From NCBI GenBank assembly GCA_037384885.1, contig JARRNO010000001.1, positions 1-48,202 of the forward strand: 48,202 nt of DNA, written 5' to 3'. Origin of the DNA: Acidobacteriota bacterium. GTDB lineage: Bacteria; Acidobacteriota; UBA4820; DSQY01. Each line of letters opens with the position of its first letter. Position 1 is the first letter of the stretch. Shown in pieces: positions 46,601 to 48,202 of this stretch. The notes below the pieces were generated by a model that was not told the DNA's origin, did no database searches, and worked only from the letters and a program-made list of their open reading frames with translations. Position numbers and translations under genes: made by a program.

Positions 46601-48202
46601 ATGCCCTACGATCCGCACTCCATTGAAACCCGTCTCCAGGAACGGTGGCACGACCGGGGAATCGCCTCCGTCAGCGAGGATCCGGACCGGAAGAAGTTCT
46701 ACTGCCTTGAAATGTTCATGTACCCCTCCGGCAAGATCCACATGGGGCACGTCCGCAACTACACGATCGGCGACGTGGTGGCGCGTTTCTGGCGCATGCG
46801 GGGCGTTAATGTCCTCCACCCCTTTGGCTTCGACGCCTTCGGGCTGCCTGCCGAAAACGCCGCCATCAAGGGAAATACGCACCCAAGGGTCTGGACCGAC
46901 GCGAACATCCAGTACATGAAAACCCAGCTTAACCGTCTCGGCTTTCTCTACGACTGGAACCGCGAAGTCCGGACGTGCGACCCGGACTACTACCGTTGGA
47001 ACCAGTGGTTCTTCCTGAAAATGTTTGAGAAGGGGCTCGCTTATCGCGCCGAGCGCTATGTGAACTGGTGCCCCCAGTGCGCCACCGTTCTGGCCAACGA
47101 ACAGGTGGAAGGTGGAACTTGCTGGAGATGCGGCAGCGCCGTAACCCAGAGGGAAATGGCACAGTGGTTTTTGCGCATCACGGACTATGCGCAGGAACTG
47201 CTTGACGACCTGGATTCTCTCCAGGAGTGGCCGCCTGAAGTGGTGACCATGCAGCGCAACTGGATCGGAAGGTCTCAAGGCGCGTATGTCAATTTCCCCC
47301 TTGCCGAAGGCGGTTCTTCCATCCGCGTTTTTACGACCCGCATCGATACGATTTACGGCGCCACTTACATCGTACTCGCTCCGGAACACGATCTCGTGGA
47401 CGCCATGACCACGGATCAGCAGCGGGGCGAGGTAGATGCCTTCCGGAAAAAGATGCTTTCGCAAACCGCCCACGAGCGCTCCATGAGCCGGGAAAAGGAA
47501 GGGGTCTTTACGGGGGCTTTCGCCCTCAATCCCTTCTCGGGAGAAAAGATCCCGGTCTATTTGGCCAACTTTGTGCTTGCGGATTACGGCACCGGCGCCA
47601 TCATGAGCGTCCCAGCCCATGACCAGCGGGATTTTGAATTCGCAGCGTCGTACGATCTTCCCGTTCGTATCGTCGTCCGCCCTCCCGGCTGGGACGGCGC
47701 CCCGCTCCAGGAGGCGTATAGCGGAGACGGTGTTCTCCAGGACAGCGGTCCATTCACCGGCAAACCCAACCGCGAGGCGATGCCGCTCATGGCGGCTCAC
47801 GCGAAGAAAAGCCACTTTGGAGAATCCGCCGTCACTTTCCGCATCAAGGATTGGGGTATTTCTCGGCAGCGTTACTGGGGGACGCCCATCCCCATGATCT
47901 ACTGTCCAAAATGCGGAACCGTTCCCGTGCCTGAAGAGGCTCTCCCGGTCCTCCTGCCGGCAAACGCGCCGCTGACAGGAAAGGGCGAAAGCCCCTTGGT
48001 CTCCGAGCGCTCCTTCGTCGAGACCACCTGCCCCGTTTGCGGTGGGGCCGCCCGGCGTGAAACGGATACGATGGACACTTTCGTGGATTCTTCGTGGTAT
48101 TTCTTCCGGTACGCCAATCCGCACGAGACCTCATTCCCCATTGACCGGGAGGCTGTGAACTATTGGACGCCGGTCGACTTTTACATCGGCGGCATCGAAC
48201 AC
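46601..48202 (+). CDS. leuS: Leucine--tRNA ligase (5' part, runs off the window)
   Basis: Not in the ORF track because no stop is reached. My translation gives MPYDPHSIETRLQERWHDRG...FYCLEMFMYPSGKIHMGHVRNYTIGD (HIGH-type motif), the zinc CxxC pairs, and ends ...DFYIGGIEH in frame at 48202. Confidence 0.95.
   Translation, partial: MPYDPHSIETRLQERWHDRGIASVSEDPDRKKFYCLEMFMYPSGKIHMGHVRNYTIGDVVARFWRMRGVNVLHPFGFDAFGLPAENAAIKGNTHPRVWTDANIQYMKTQLNRLGFLYDWNREVRTCDPDYYRWNQWFFLKMFEKGLAYRAERYVNWCPQCATVLANEQVEGGTCWRCGSAVTQREMAQWFLRITDYAQELLDDLDSLQEWPPEVVTMQRNWIGRSQGAYVNFPLAEGGSSIRVFTTRIDTIYGATYIVLAPEHDLVDAMTTDQQRGEVDAFRKKMLSQTAHERSMSREKEGVFTGAFALNPFSGEKIPVYLANFVLADYGTGAIMSVPAHDQRDFEFAASYDLPVRIVVRPPGWDGAPLQEAYSGDGVLQDSGPFTGKPNREAMPLMAAHAKKSHFGESAVTFRIKDWGISRQRYWGTPIPMIYCPKCGTVPVPEEALPVLLPANAPLTGKGESPLVSERSFVETTCPVCGGAARRETDTMDTFVDSSWYFFRYANPHETSFPIDREAVNYWTPVDFYIGGIEH

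Noticed and set aside
46571-48124. 517-aa minus-strand ORF.
   Set aside because: It is antisense to leuS. The leuS plus-strand translation, which is missing from the track only because it has no stop inside the window, shows the class I synthetase motifs.
1-48202. Looked for CRISPR arrays, tRNA/rRNA genes, IS elements, integrases, toxin-antitoxin pairs and known defence-system genes.
   Set aside because: I recognised no tandem repeat-spacer structure, no tRNA-like T-arm or acceptor patterns, and no transposase, integrase or nuclease/helicase defence signatures. The window looks like core chromosome. This was a manual scan, so short elements could have been missed.

Overview
GC-rich bacterial chromosomal segment, densely packed, and mostly housekeeping. 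The phylum cannot be fixed from sequence alone; the gene content (DUF1573, GspG-like, SPOR and DUF4388 proteins) is compatible with Acidobacteriota or a related group. I found no rRNA, tRNA, CRISPR array, transposase, integrase or phage genes.

Gene blocks:
- Minus strand, 75-16696: an otsA fragment, a MIF-type tautomerase, a UV-glycosylase/membrane protein/phosphoesterase/ADH operon, a SnoaL-like lipoprotein, error-prone polymerase dnaE2, a large S8 protease, pdxS-pdxT, a DUF72 gene with an XRE/S24 LexA-like repressor, and a broken hybrid histidine kinase.
- Plus strand, 17262-21425: a NitT/TauT-type ABC transporter and an LPG-synthase-TM protein.
- Minus strand, 21453-33569: one long operon, M16 peptidase-dut-MBL-purB-purS-purQ-purL-purF-MCP-purM.
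- Plus strand, 33665-48202: GT39 and GT2 glycosyltransferases, nfeD-stomatin, GGDEF, DUF4388, SPOR, xseB-ispA-tlyA-nadK, a DUF1573 lipoprotein, a zinc-ribbon/GspG-like fusion, and leuS (3' truncated).

Most notable observation: a roughly 50-bp promoter/operator/SD/ATG module is shared, without gaps, by the XRE/S24 repressor gene and dnaE2. It carries a 16-bp near-palindrome, TGGTCATAWATGACTA, over the spacer and -10. This suggests a small non-canonical SOS-like circuit, which may also include DUF72.

Other points:
- A chemoreceptor gene is translationally coupled inside the purine operon.
- The histidine kinase has lost its N-box through an internal deletion.
- An inverted otsA fragment sits at the window edge and is probably a chimeric junction.
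- A GspG-like pseudopilin domain is fused to a cytoplasmic zinc ribbon and has no prepilin cleavage site.

Many long ORFs in the six-frame track are antisense artefacts of the high GC content.
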